A stretch of DNA of 41,730 bases from an uncultured Candidatus Marinamargulisbacteria bacterium (GCA_903897765.1 CAIUCY010000169.1:1-41730), one strand, 5' to 3'; numbered from the stretch's first letter, positions 18,406 through 27,644 are shown. Numbers and translations: made by a program. Notes: generated from the sequence alone by a model not told the origin.

Positions 18406-19461
18406 ATGATAAAACAATTTGATCGGTTTTTGGGGTGGTTGGTCTTGAGTCTGTTCTTTAGGAAGGCCTCTAGACAATGCCCTGTTTGCTCGGATATTAG
18501 AAGAGTGTTATTTTTGCGTTTAGGAGCTATTGGGGATACTACGCTTCTATTGCCGACCCTTCTAGGGGTTCTCGATAATCAGCCTAGCATCGAGCTACAC
18601 GTTATTGTTTGGTCATCCAATATTTCTGTTTATAACTTGATCCATTCGCCACGATTGTTTCTACATAATCTCGGGAGTTATCGTTCCCTGTTGGGACTAT
18701 GGAATCTATTCAAGTTTTCTATTAAAGAACGAGGTCATTTTGATGTTGTTTTTGATATGGAACAATTCGCAAACTTGTTTGCAATTGTTGGACTAATATT
18801 ACGACCCCGTTGTTTGATCGGATTTGATGTGAAGGGGCAAAGTCGAAAAGAGTATTATGGTAAAACAGTTCTCTACGACTCAAATATTCATGAGTCATTA
18901 AACTTTTTATCGATGGTCCATGCCGTTTTTCCCGAAGCTCGGATGTTTCACGATCCTCCAAAACGGGAGCTCAACCCGGCCGATTTTATTGCCATACATC
19001 CTGGGTCGAAGTGGCCACAAAAACGTTGGCCTATGGAGCGTTTTGTTGGGATTTTTAAGAAAATTCACCTTCAATATCCGTTGATAAAGATACGTCTTTA
19101 CATGGGGCCGGATGAACTTTTATCAGAAGAGACAATTCCTGACTATGTTGAGCGATCTATACAGACTCCTTTAGAAAGAGTTTTTGACGAATTAAGCCAA
19201 TGTCGACTTATGATCTCAAATGATAATGGAATTATGCATGTCGCCGGATGGATGGGTATTCCCGTCATAGGTATTTTTGGAATGTCCGATCCCATCCAAT
19301 GGCATGCGCTTGGAAATGAGAATAATGCATTAAGCCCATCACTTGATTGTGCACCATGTAATAAATTGGGGCAGATGAGGAAATGTAATGACTTTAAATG
19401 TTTAAAAAACATTTCGATTGATGATGTTATGCGGAAAGTGGTTGGGATTCTAGGCGATTAA
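18406..19461 (+). CDS. Glycosyltransferase family 9 (heptosyltransferase-like)
   Basis: LGAIGDT near the N-terminus. IAIHPGSKWPQKRWPMERF and NDNGIMHVAGWMGIPVIGIFG are typical GT9 signatures. Confidence 0.8.
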   Translation: MIKQFDRFLGWLVLSLFFRKASRQCPVCSDIRRVLFLRLGAIGDTTLLLPTLLGVLDNQPSIELHVIVWSSNISVYNLIHSPRLFLHNLGSYRSLLGLWNLFKFSIKERGHFDVVFDMEQFANLFAIVGLILRPRCLIGFDVKGQSRKEYYGKTVLYDSNIHESLNFLSMVHAVFPEARMFHDPPKRELNPADFIAIHPGSKWPQKRWPMERFVGIFKKIHLQYPLIKIRLYMGPDELLSEETIPDYVERSIQTPLERVFDELSQCRLMISNDNGIMHVAGWMGIPVIGIFGMSDPIQWHALGNENNALSPSLDCAPCNKLGQMRKCNDFKCLKNISIDDVMRKVVGILGD

Positions 19462-20538
19462 CTACTTAGCATGAACTTTATTGCTCCAAGCGATATGCTC
19501 TGCTGCGGTCAGAGAGAAGTGGTGCCCCCCATCCCCTTTGGCCACGAAGTACAGATACGATGATGTAGCAGGATGAAGGGCAGCTCGAATAGAATCGAGT
19601 CCGGGATTGCTGATCGGTGTAGGGGGTAATCCGCTATGCTTGTAAGTGTTGTAAGAACTAATGATCTCTAGGTCTTTAAAGAATAACGATTCTTTATGAG
19701 GAAGCCCTGCTAATTCTCTGGCGTATTGGACCGTGGGGTCGCTTCCCATTGCCATTTTTTTATTGATTCGATTGAGATAAACGGAGGCTATTAGAGGTCG
19801 TTCGGTGGCAACTTTGGCTTCATTTTCAACAATGGAGGCAATCTTCAAGGCTTGATAAAAGGGGACTCCCTTGGTTTTCTCGGTGATAAGAATACGCTGA
19901 TATCGTAAACCTCGACGAGTTTTTTTTGCTCGTTTCTCCCAATGTTTTTGGGTGGGTAAAGTTTTTATATATTGCTCGTATAGGGGAAGCGCTTTATTGG
20001 CAAAGTTGGTCAGAATAAGCTGGACAAGCTCAGGGATTGAGGTGTAATACTCGACGTGGTAAGTGTCGGGGTAGAGAAGACCTTCAAGTTTTGACACCTC
20101 TATAAAGGCAGACAAACTGGGGATCTTTTCAAGGATAGGTCGAAACAAGGTTGGATCGGAACAGAACTCAATAAACGAGTCGGGGGTGATCATCCCTTTT
20201 TCGGATAAGAGCGCATCGATCTGTATCGTATTGAATCCTTCGGGAATGGTGAGTTTTTCATAGGTAAGCCGAGTGGGGTCTTGAAGTTGTTGAAGGAGAG
20301 AGGCGTTATTGGCCGGCAAGGATAAACGGATCAATCCGGAGTAAAAACGAGGGTGAGCCCCCGACAATTTCAGCCGGATACGAAACAGCCACGAGCTATG
20401 AATGACCTGAGCTTTCTTAAGCGCATTAGCGACACCCGCCACGCCAGCTCCCCGTGGGATAAGAACCGTACGGTCTTCGCTGAAAGAGACGCTGAGCAGA
20501 AGCATAACGAATAATCCCCATAAAAAAATTCTCCTCAA
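19462..20538 (-). CDS. mltG: Endolytic murein transglycosylase MltG (YceG family)
   Basis: N-terminal TM helix, ASIVENEA catalytic Glu region, YNTYKHSGLPPTPISNPG. Synteny with ruvX and alaS. Confidence 0.9.
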   Translation of the reverse strand: MRRIFLWGLFVMLLLSVSFSEDRTVLIPRGAGVAGVANALKKAQVIHSSWLFRIRLKLSGAHPRFYSGLIRLSLPANNASLLQQLQDPTRLTYEKLTIPEGFNTIQIDALLSEKGMITPDSFIEFCSDPTLFRPILEKIPSLSAFIEVSKLEGLLYPDTYHVEYYTSIPELVQLILTNFANKALPLYEQYIKTLPTQKHWEKRAKKTRRGLRYQRILITEKTKGVPFYQALKIASIVENEAKVATERPLIASVYLNRINKKMAMGSDPTVQYARELAGLPHKESLFFKDLEIISSYNTYKHSGLPPTPISNPGLDSIRAALHPATSSYLYFVAKGDGGHHFSLTAAEHIAWSNKVHAK

Positions 20539-20987
20539 GATAACCCTTCCGTAAACCCCCTCTTTTCTAAAGAGGGGGCAGGGGGAGATTTCTGTCCATC
20601 TAAATACCCCTGCAAAATAACTGTCGCTTCTGCGCTATCTTTGATAGGGCGGCTTTTTCGTGTGTTTAGACCTGCTGCTATAAATTGTTTACTAACCAAG
20701 CTACTGGTAAGCCGTTCATCGACCCACTCTATAGGAATATCAATCTGACCCTCAAGTTCTTGCCGAAAGGCACGAACGTCAGCTGTCATTTGTGTATCGA
20801 TCCCTTTCATGTTACGAGGAAGTCCCATCACGATGAGCCGGTACGTTTTTTCGGAAAGCTGAGCTATGATCTGGGCTATCGCCGTTTGTCGAGGTAAATT
20901 GGCCACAGGAAAGGCCATCGTTTCAGAGGGGTCGGAGTGGCTGAGGCCAACAGTTTTGCTGCCATAGTCGATCCCCAGAATCGTCAT
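20535..20987 (-). CDS. ruvX: Putative pre-16S rRNA nuclease / Holliday junction resolvase-like RuvX (YqgF)
   Basis: ILGIDYGSKTVGLSHSD N-terminus and DERLTS motif. 4-nt overlap with mltG. Confidence 0.9.
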   Translation of the reverse strand: MTILGIDYGSKTVGLSHSDPSETMAFPVANLPRQTAIAQIIAQLSEKTYRLIVMGLPRNMKGIDTQMTADVRAFRQELEGQIDIPIEWVDERLTSSLVSKQFIAAGLNTRKSRPIKDSAEATVILQGYLDGQKSPPAPSLEKRGFTEGLS

Positions 20988-20988
20988 G

Positions 20989-21106
20989 CCAAGTTGTTCT
21001 CGAAAATATAACGTCGTTGTCTGCGTCTTTCGCTCCTCGACTTACTAATAGTAAGCCTGTGGGGCTCAATCCTTGTCGCCTCGTTCTCTTCCCGAGTATT
21101 TCCTTG
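20989..21106. repeat. Conserved structured intergenic element, copy 2 (alaS-ruvX spacer)
   Basis: Homologous to 10782-10912 in the same plus-strand orientation. The hairpin CTTAC-TAATA-GTAAG sits at the same offset (37 nt from the core start). Confidence 0.6.
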
Positions 21107-21143
21107 GCAACTATTGCTTGAATAGTTTATGAGCATAAAGGTG

Positions 21144-23486
21144 TTAAGTGCTTCCGAGAATTTTAGGGATTGAATCAGATATCATCGAAATATTTTCAGG
21201 AGTGCTTTCAGTTAGAATGTTCGCGGTGTATTTATCTCCCCAAACCTTCGCATTTATATTCCCCTGCAAACGTTTTGCAAGTTCAGTCGCTGAAATTTTA
21301 TTTTCTTCAACAAAAATTCGGGGAACCGAAACGGTAATGGAAAATTGGACACCATATACACCAGAGCTTGTTGTTATACTGTTTGTTTGAGTGGATGCTG
21401 CATAATTAAATTGCCTGAGATCATTAGGCGTAGTAACAATGTCCTTCGAAATTTCATGACTAAAGTGAAAGAAGGGGATTCCCGAGGAACTCGTCATTTT
21501 GTTGTCCGGATTTGATAATCTTTTTGCCTCATTAATCATTTCTTTTTCATGGTTTGCAAAAAGCTCTTTTTCAAGTCTTTTTATTTCGGCTTGAAAGGTG
21601 CTCATTTTATCCGGGATCTCAGCGGGGCTAATTTTATAAGTATTAGCGATCTGAGCGGTGAGTTGTTTCAGTTCTTGAGCTTTCTGAAGGGCACCAAGGC
21701 CGGTTACGGCTTCGATGCGTCGCACCCCACTGCTAATGGCTGCCTCAGATAAAATAATCAGACTTCCGATGTCTCCCGTTCGATGGACATGCGAACCGCC
21801 GCAAAGCTCGGTTGAGCAATCGCCCATTTTCACCACCCGAACGACATTTTCATATTTCTCAGTAAAAAGCGCCATCGCCCCTTCGGCTATTGCTTCATCA
21901 TAGGCTTTCTCTGAAATATCAACGGCAACATTTTGAAGGATATATTGATTCACTAGTGTTTCGACTGTCGGGATCTGTTCGGTCGTAAGGGCCTTGGGGT
22001 GAGTAAAATCAAAACGGAGACGATCAGGCGAGACCAATGAACCCGATTGGGTCACATGTTTCCCCAGGATGTTACGTAAAGCTGCTTGAAGCAAGTGCGT
22101 CCCACTATGATTTCGCGCCATGGCCAGACGCTCTTCTTCATTACTCGCAATAATCGCTTCGCCACCCTTACCTTTATCATGGGCCTGCCCTGAGCTTGTC
22201 GAGGGGTTATAAAACGTAGCGGCTTGTCGGGCGCGGTCGCGTTGTTGCTCCATATGTTGCTCAAACCCAAGGGTGTCAACTGTCGCGTTTTCTTCGGAGG
22301 CGATCTCAAGTGTTAATTCAAGAGGAAACCCGAAGGTATCAAAAAGTTTGAACGCATCGGCACCAGATATTGTTTTCCCATTTTTAAGGATGTCTTGAAG
22401 AAGCGATAATCCAAGTCCAAGGGTTCGGCTAAAGTTAGCTTCCTCAGAACGAAGAACGTCGAGGATCATGGCTTTATTTTCAATAAGCTCGGTGTAAAAA
22501 GGGCCATACTCATCGATGACGATACGGGCCATTTTTTCGACGAAGGGTTCATTGATGCCGAGCAATTTACCATGTCGTATAGCTCGCCGAATGATCTTTT
22601 TAAGAATATACCCCCGACCATCATTGCTAGGATATATCCCATCGCCGATCATGAACACCATGGCTCGACTATGGTCGGCAATGACATGTCGAGAATGAGT
22701 GCTTCCTGTGACGGTTGAAAGGGTATCTAAGGTTTTAAGTATCGGTGTGAACAGATCGGTTTCAAAGTTGTTGCGAACACCTTGGACAACTGCAGAAATT
22801 CGCTCTAGCCCCATGCCGGTGTCGATATTCCGTTTAGGAAGGGGGGTGAGGGTGCCTGCTTCGTCGCGAGAGTACTGCATAAAGACGAGGTTCCAAATTT
22901 CCACATAGCGATTGCAGTCACAACCCGGTAGGCAGTTTGCTTCTTTGCAGGCAGGGTCTTTTCCGTAGTCGTAATAGATCTCAGAGCAAGGCCCACATGG
23001 CCCCGTGGGTCCTGCTGCCCAAAAGTTATCCGCTTCACCCAGTCGAACCATATGATCTTTAGCGACCCCCGCCTTTTCAGTCCAAAGCGTGTAAGCGTCG
23101 TCATCATCAAAAAAAACCGAAACAAAAAGCTTTTCTTTGGCTATGCCTAATTCTTGGGTGAGGAATGTCCATGCGAACTTGATCGCCCCTTCTTTAAAAT
23201 AATCGCCGAACGAAAAATTGCCCAGCATTTCAAAAAAAGTGTGATGTCGAGGGGTACGTCCGACATTGTCGATATCATTGGTACGAATACATTTTTGAGC
23301 GGACGTTGCTCGTTTGAAGGGTGGAGTTTTTTCTCCGAGAAAATAGGGTTTGAACGGTAACATCCCTGCAATGGTTAAAAGAACGGTTTTATCCTCAGGG
23401 ATCAGCGAGGCACTAGGTCGAACCTGATGCTGATTCCCTTGGAAGTATTCCAGAAATCGACTGCGTATCTGAGCGGACGGGATCAT
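21144..23486 (-). CDS. alaS: Alanine--tRNA ligase (780 aa, short and divergent C-terminal domain)
   Basis: Canonical class II core (FFEMLGNFSFGDYFK) and editing domain (HSGTHLL, CGGSHV). The C-terminal 150 aa or so lack the usual Gly-rich C-Ala/DHHA1 motif. Confidence 0.95.
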   Translation of the reverse strand: MIPSAQIRSRFLEYFQGNQHQVRPSASLIPEDKTVLLTIAGMLPFKPYFLGEKTPPFKRATSAQKCIRTNDIDNVGRTPRHHTFFEMLGNFSFGDYFKEGAIKFAWTFLTQELGIAKEKLFVSVFFDDDDAYTLWTEKAGVAKDHMVRLGEADNFWAAGPTGPCGPCSEIYYDYGKDPACKEANCLPGCDCNRYVEIWNLVFMQYSRDEAGTLTPLPKRNIDTGMGLERISAVVQGVRNNFETDLFTPILKTLDTLSTVTGSTHSRHVIADHSRAMVFMIGDGIYPSNDGRGYILKKIIRRAIRHGKLLGINEPFVEKMARIVIDEYGPFYTELIENKAMILDVLRSEEANFSRTLGLGLSLLQDILKNGKTISGADAFKLFDTFGFPLELTLEIASEENATVDTLGFEQHMEQQRDRARQAATFYNPSTSSGQAHDKGKGGEAIIASNEEERLAMARNHSGTHLLQAALRNILGKHVTQSGSLVSPDRLRFDFTHPKALTTEQIPTVETLVNQYILQNVAVDISEKAYDEAIAEGAMALFTEKYENVVRVVKMGDCSTELCGGSHVHRTGDIGSLIILSEAAISSGVRRIEAVTGLGALQKAQELKQLTAQIANTYKISPAEIPDKMSTFQAEIKRLEKELFANHEKEMINEAKRLSNPDNKMTSSSGIPFFHFSHEISKDIVTTPNDLRQFNYAASTQTNSITTSSGVYGVQFSITVSVPRIFVEENKISATELAKRLQGNINAKVWGDKYTANILTESTPENISMISDSIPKILGST

Positions 23487-23689
23487 TCCTTATCTTTTGG
23501 CTTAATAAAGGATTTAGGAATGGACTTTAATAACGAAAACCAAAACTTTATATCGGATATATTCTCAACTAACCCTGACAGTGATTTCACCATCCCCAGT
23601 GTTCTCCAAACGAGGGCGATCAATAACAGGAAAAAGAGAATAAGCAAACCATCAATAACCATAGTCAGGATCTGGATCGCTAGCGCCAT
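23483..23689 (-). CDS. Small membrane protein (DUF948-like)
   Basis: 68 aa with one hydrophobic helix. Translationally coupled to alaS (ATGA overlap) and adjacent to the YtxH-like gene. Confidence 0.5.
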   Translation of the reverse strand: MALAIQILTMVIDGLLILFFLLLIALVWRTLGMVKSLSGLVENISDIKFWFSLLKSIPKSFIKPKDKE

Positions 23690-23691
23690 AA

Positions 23692-24000
23692 TTATTCAGC
23701 CGCCTCAGTTTTCTCTGTTTTTTCCGATTTTTCTTCGCAGTCACCCTCGCAACATTTGGTGCTTTTTACCTTTTTAGCAACCGAATCGACTATCTCTTCA
23801 ACCGTATCTTTAGCTTTTTCAGCCATCACTTTAGCTTTCTCTGTGGTCTCTTTAATTTTTACTTCGGAATCCTTGAGAACCTTTTTGACATCTTCACGGG
23901 TTTCTTTGCCTGTTTTGGGTGCGAACAATAGCCCTGCAATACCGCCAATGATCGCTCCGAGAACAAGTCCTAAACCGCTACCATGTTTCTTGTCGCTCAT
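23692..24000 (-). CDS. YtxH domain-containing protein
   Basis: GLVLGAIIGGIAGLLFAPKTGKETREDVKK is the YtxH signature. Lys/Glu-rich helical tail. Confidence 0.75.
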   Translation of the reverse strand: MSDKKHGSGLGLVLGAIIGGIAGLLFAPKTGKETREDVKKVLKDSEVKIKETTEKAKVMAEKAKDTVEEIVDSVAKKVKSTKCCEGDCEEKSEKTEKTEAAE

Positions 24001-24074
24001 GATGAACCCCTTTCAAAAAACTTTATAAGCCTTGGGCTTTAATGGTGAAATTGTATGCTTCGGCGGAAGCAAAG

Positions 24075-24605
24075 TCAATTATGAAATGATGATGAAGAAA
24101 TTCCCTTTACCCGATACCGAATAACCGTTTTTTGGTTTTTGACATCGGGCATAGTGAGATATTCTTCTTCGTGGTCATCGACTATGTCATAGCCCTGCTC
24201 TTGGATGAAATGATGAAGTTTCGTAATAGTGGGGCCTTCTTCCGAGTAGGGGCCAAGGTGCAAGATCTCAGCTGCCGCGCCACCCGTCAACGTCGTCAGT
24301 TTTACTCGGATATCAGGATCTTTTTGGATAATGTCCGCGTCAGTGACATAGTCAGGGACAACAACGAACCAATGAGCCGTCCATTGGTCTTTGGGTTTTA
24401 AATGGGCGTCTGGCCAGAAGGCTGATAATTTGCCAATAGGCATAACCATGCCTTTGGGTTTATATACCTTCATCTTCGCATAATAAGCCGCGCCATAAAG
24501 GGCTTTCATATAAGGTTCCATGATGACGTTGGGATCCCCGATGGACGTCACACATAATACTTTTCTGTCAGGAAGTTGGGTTAATTGGGGGGCAAAGGCT
24601 TTCAT
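24075..24605 (-). CDS. GyrI-like small-molecule-binding domain protein
   Basis: Pattern LPDRKVLCVTSIGDP..., LTGGAAAEILHLGPY, HEEEYLTMPDVKNQKTVIRYRVK resembles GyrI-like/SOUL-fold proteins. The ORF is open up to 24773, but the homologous part begins at MKAF (24605). Start uncertain. Confidence 0.6.
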   Translation of the reverse strand: MKAFAPQLTQLPDRKVLCVTSIGDPNVIMEPYMKALYGAAYYAKMKVYKPKGMVMPIGKLSAFWPDAHLKPKDQWTAHWFVVVPDYVTDADIIQKDPDIRVKLTTLTGGAAAEILHLGPYSEEGPTITKLHHFIQEQGYDIVDDHEEEYLTMPDVKNQKTVIRYRVKGISSSSFHN

Positions 24606-24631
24606 GTCACATATTATATTCCCTTCATTAA

Positions 24632-25312
24632 ATGCGCTACAATACCCCCATGATCCTTTACCATGCGCTCTGGCAGATCCTAACGTGGGGTAGGGAGGCA
24701 TTATTTGCCTTACTGCGACCCCGATATTGGCGTTTGTTTTTGGCGTTCCAGTTCGAGTACTTTTTGCATTCATCCTATTACTATGTGGACAAAAATCCCG
24801 AAGAAAATGATGTCTTTGGGTATACCCCCTTTTTTACGGCGGCTCAAATATTGAGGAAGATCCAACGCTGGCAGGGGCGATCTTTACTGGGTGAGCGGTT
24901 GCTCGATCTGGGTAGCGGGGATGGCCGCTTTCTGCTAACAGGGGTGGCAGGGTTTGGGTTGGTAGGGCTGGGGATGGAGCAAAACGAACGACTCGTCGCG
25001 AAAAGCCAAGCGATCACCCATTATTTGCAGATCAAGGCCGAGTTTTTTGATGATGATTTTATGAAAGGGTCGTGGATCGGCTATGAGGTCATTTTTGTCG
25101 CATGGACGACCTTTACGCCCTCGAGAGTAAAGGCGATCACCGACAAGGCCGTCGAGGAGATGGTGCCTGGGTCTTGGCTAGTCACGCTTTCAGAGCCGGC
25201 GCAGTACGAGGGGCTGACGGTCATTGATTCGTTTTCGGCTTGGTTCTCATGGGGCATGAGTCGGGTTTACCTGCATCGACGCTATTGTTGTGAATTGCAA
25301 TCAGATATATAG
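24632..25312 (+). CDS. Class I SAM-dependent methyltransferase
   Basis: Motif I is LLDLGSGDGRFLL. The 3' end (last 25 codons or so) forms the left part of repeat copy A. Confidence 0.7.
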   Translation: MRYNTPMILYHALWQILTWGREALFALLRPRYWRLFLAFQFEYFLHSSYYYVDKNPEENDVFGYTPFFTAAQILRKIQRWQGRSLLGERLLDLGSGDGRFLLTGVAGFGLVGLGMEQNERLVAKSQAITHYLQIKAEFFDDDFMKGSWIGYEVIFVAWTTFTPSRVKAITDKAVEEMVPGSWLVTLSEPAQYEGLTVIDSFSAWFSWGMSRVYLHRRYCCELQSDI

Positions 25313-25326
25313 CTATATTTACCATG
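25232..25326 (+). repeat. att-like repeat, copy A (full length; 3' end of the methyltransferase gene plus spacer plus the hicB ATG)
   Basis: 82 of 94 ungapped positions are identical to copy D by hand alignment (25233-25326 vs 29399-29492). Contains the palindrome CTCATG-GGG-CATGAG at 25246-25260. Confidence 0.85.
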
Positions 25327-25506
25327 ACGCAGACTTATTCGGTGCTAATTGAACGTGATGAGGATGGCTTATTTGTGGCCAAGGTGCCCGATATTCCCGG
25401 ATGTTTTTCTCAAGCTTCAAATCTTAACGATTTGATCCCTCGTATTCGAGAGGCGATAGAACTGTGTTGCCATCATGATATCGAAGTATTCCTGAAGAAT
25501 ATTTAA
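25324..25506 (+). CDS. hicB: HicB-family antitoxin-like protein (UPF0150 N-terminal domain only, probably truncated)
   Basis: YSVLIERDEDGLFVAKVPDIPGCFSQASNLNDLIPRIREAIELC matches the HicB/UPF0150 fold signature. No hicA partner is visible. Confidence 0.7.
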   Translation: MTQTYSVLIERDEDGLFVAKVPDIPGCFSQASNLNDLIPRIREAIELCCHHDIEVFLKNI

Positions 25507-25510
25507 ATCA

Positions 25511-25548
25511 TTTTCGGTATGGTTCTCCTGTGGCCTGAGCCGAGTTTA
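25511..25548 (+). repeat. att-like repeat, copy B (left 38 nt only, diverged)
   Basis: TTTTCGGTATGGTTCTCCTGTGGCCTGAGCCGAGTTTA vs copy A TTTTCGGCTTGGTTCTCATGGGGCATGAGTCGGGTTTA (31 of 38 identical). Starts 5 nt after the hicB stop. Confidence 0.7.
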
Positions 25549-25615
25549 ATCAGTTGATTACAACGTTTACTTTGTCTTACGTTGTGGTATGCTTTTACAT
25601 AAGTGGAGGTGTATT

Positions 25616-25849
25616 ATGAAAAATCATAGCATCACGGTTCGTATTAATGAGACCAATTACAGTCAACTTAAAAACTTAGCGGAGTCAATGGAGCGGTCAA
25701 AGTCTTTTATAATGGAAGATGCCTTAATAAACTATATGGAAGTTAATGCGTGGCAAATTAATCACATAAAGAAAGCTTTGGCGGAGGCGGACGATCCAAA
25801 CACTCCAAGATATACACAGGAAGAAATAGAACGGGACGCTTTAGCTTAA
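25616..25849 (+). CDS. parD: Ribbon-helix-helix antitoxin (ParD/CopG family)
   Basis: MKNHSITVRINETNYSQLKNLAE is an RHH N-terminus. GGAGG lies 6 nt upstream of the ATG. Immediately followed by the parE-like gene. Confidence 0.75.
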   Translation: MKNHSITVRINETNYSQLKNLAESMERSKSFIMEDALINYMEVNAWQINHIKKALAEADDPNTPRYTQEEIERDALA

Positions 25850-25851
25850 TC

Positions 25852-26160
25852 ATGAATATCATATGGCTTAGGTCGGCGAGAGAAGACCTCTTGGCTATTA
25901 AAAGCTTCATCGAAAAAGAAAGTAATATTGAGAACGCTAGGGGGGTATCTCTTAAAATCTCCAAAGCGGCGATGTTGCTACAAGATAGCCCCGGTGCTGG
26001 ACGTCCTGGTCGCGTCAAAAGAACACGAGAGCTTGTCGTGCCCAGTATTCCTTATATCATTGCTTACCGTGTTGTGGGCTCAAGCCTCGAGGTCCTCAGC
26101 ATTTTTCATCAGGCCAGAAAGTGGCCGAATTTGTTTAAAGAAAAGGGGCAGGGGGCATGA
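25852..26160 (+). CDS. parE: Type II toxin, ParE/RelE family
   Basis: WLRSAREDLLAIKSFI..., GRPGRVKRTRELVV..PYIIAYRV....LEVLSIFHQARKWP is a typical ParE pattern. The stop codon lies inside repeat copy C. Confidence 0.8.
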   Translation: MNIIWLRSAREDLLAIKSFIEKESNIENARGVSLKISKAAMLLQDSPGAGRPGRVKRTRELVVPSIPYIIAYRVVGSSLEVLSIFHQARKWPNLFKEKGQGA

Positions 26161-26198
26161 GCAGGGTTTGCGATCATCGGCGTAATTGTCGTTAATTC
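26152..26198 (+). repeat. att-like repeat, copy C (central and right part, diverged)
   Basis: GGGGCATGAGCAGGGTTTGCGATCATCGGCGTAATTGTCGTTAATTC aligns with copy D GGGGCATGAGCAGGGGTTTCGTGCATCGACGCTATTGTCGTGAATTC. Overlaps the parE stop codon. Confidence 0.7.
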
Positions 26199-26202
26199 AA
26201 GT

Positions 26203-27534
26203 CTATGGTTTGTTTGTAAAGCCTAAAAAGGTTCCCTGCTTCGCTTCACTAATGGCTTTTTTGAGAATTTTATGTTCTGCTGAATCAACTTGTACATATT
26301 CTTTGAACCATTCCAATATTTGAAGAATATCACTATTAAAAATAGTGTTGAGTTGGTTAATAAATCCAAAGGTGCGGATCTCGGAATATTCCTTTCGTAT
26401 TGCGGTTGTCTCTGATGTTCTCAATCGATCTTGTTTTTCAGTTTCAGCATCAAGAATGGCTTGTGCCACTTGGATTAAAAGTGGGTTGTTCTCATTATTA
26501 CCATCTAGCAGGGAATATCCCTGATTATCACATACTATTGACTTCTCCGTTTGGATTGACTGAATGGTTCTAATAATGGTTTTAACCATTTGCTTTTGGA
26601 TTTGTGTGGACGTCATTTTCACTACATCCATAATTTCTTTAGCGGCTTCGGGGAGATGTTCTTCGGGGATATTTTTAAAAAGTCCCCAAACAACGTCAAA
26701 GGCATCTTTTTGAATAGAGTTGCCATCCTTGGTCAGCATTGCTTCAACGATTCCGCCAATGACAGCAGTTGTTGTTTCTCCTTTTGCGCTAATGGCAGGA
26801 TAATTCCCCTTAATTCGTTGCAAATATTTTGTTAGGACATTAAATATGGGATCTGCTATATCTGAACGTTCGGATGCCGTACAAAATGATAGCATGTTCT
26901 GAGAAAAAGTATAGAAAGATGGGTAGTCTTTGTTTGTATCTGTTGAAGAACCGATGTTATCGAAGGATATTGAGTCTAATGTGTCATTGCGTTCTTCAAC
27001 TGGCGTGGAAAGTAGGGCAATCGTCGCAATGAGGGGAAGGTTTTCTTTTTTTCCAGTAAAATCTTGACGTTCACTAGTAATTAATCCAGTTGCAAAACCT
27101 GGAAAATTGAATTTGGATTTATCCGTAACCGGCATAAATTCCTTTTGCGCCTCAATGGCGGCTTTACATACATCTATTGCGGTTGAAATAGCTGTATCTA
27201 ATGGGGTATTATCTGTTCTAGTTTTTTCAAGAATAACATGGACAGAAGTAGAGACGACCATATCAATGACAGAAGCTAATAAAGGTTTTTTGGGACTGGG
27301 AATATTCACTTCATTTACAATCTTAGCAATCTCAATAAAAACATCTTTATAATATTTTTTTGGATTTTCGAGAAGAATGTTTGCAAAGCCGATGCAAGTT
27401 GGTCTAGCCAAAGCTATACTGTTTTGATCAATCTTGGGGTATCCATCACCAAATTGAACTGCACGAACCTTTATTATTAATGCCTGTAGTATCTTGTCAG
27501 TTTCATCCATACTCAGAATCTTCTTATTCATCAT
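26203..27534 (-). CDS. Hypothetical protein (443 aa), no recognisable domain
   Basis: Long ORF with AGGAGG just upstream (the second ATG at 27531 has better spacing). AT-rich. Sits inside the TA/Abi island and is divergent from abiEi. Confidence 0.65.
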   Translation of the reverse strand: MMNKKILSMDETDKILQALIIKVRAVQFGDGYPKIDQNSIALARPTCIGFANILLENPKKYYKDVFIEIAKIVNEVNIPSPKKPLLASVIDMVVSTSVHVILEKTRTDNTPLDTAISTAIDVCKAAIEAQKEFMPVTDKSKFNFPGFATGLITSERQDFTGKKENLPLIATIALLSTPVEERNDTLDSISFDNIGSSTDTNKDYPSFYTFSQNMLSFCTASERSDIADPIFNVLTKYLQRIKGNYPAISAKGETTTAVIGGIVEAMLTKDGNSIQKDAFDVVWGLFKNIPEEHLPEAAKEIMDVVKMTSTQIQKQMVKTIIRTIQSIQTEKSIVCDNQGYSLLDGNNENNPLLIQVAQAILDAETEKQDRLRTSETTAIRKEYSEIRTFGFINQLNTIFNSDILQILEWFKEYVQVDSAEHKILKKAISEAKQGTFLGFTNKP

Positions 27535-27644
27535 AACCTCCTAGTTTGTTTTGCTACCACGAATTCATCGTCCGCAATTTTCGTAAATCCCACGCAAAAC
27601 CACCCATGGATTCTGTTGCTTTGTTTGCCAAGGACGGTGCCCAT

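Noticed and set aside
24015-24039. Rho-independent terminator after the GyrI-like gene (AAGCC-TTG-GGCTT with a minus-strand T6 run)
   Set aside because: The stem is only 5 bp and the T-run is separated from it by 6 nt. This is below what I would call a terminator.
25928-26185. 85-aa ORF ending in GHEQGLRSSA, and the 89-aa ORF at 29190-29459 ending in GHEQGFRAS
   Set aside because: The shared C-termini arise simply from reading through repeat copies C and D. Both ORFs overlap well-supported genes (parE, abiEii) in other frames.
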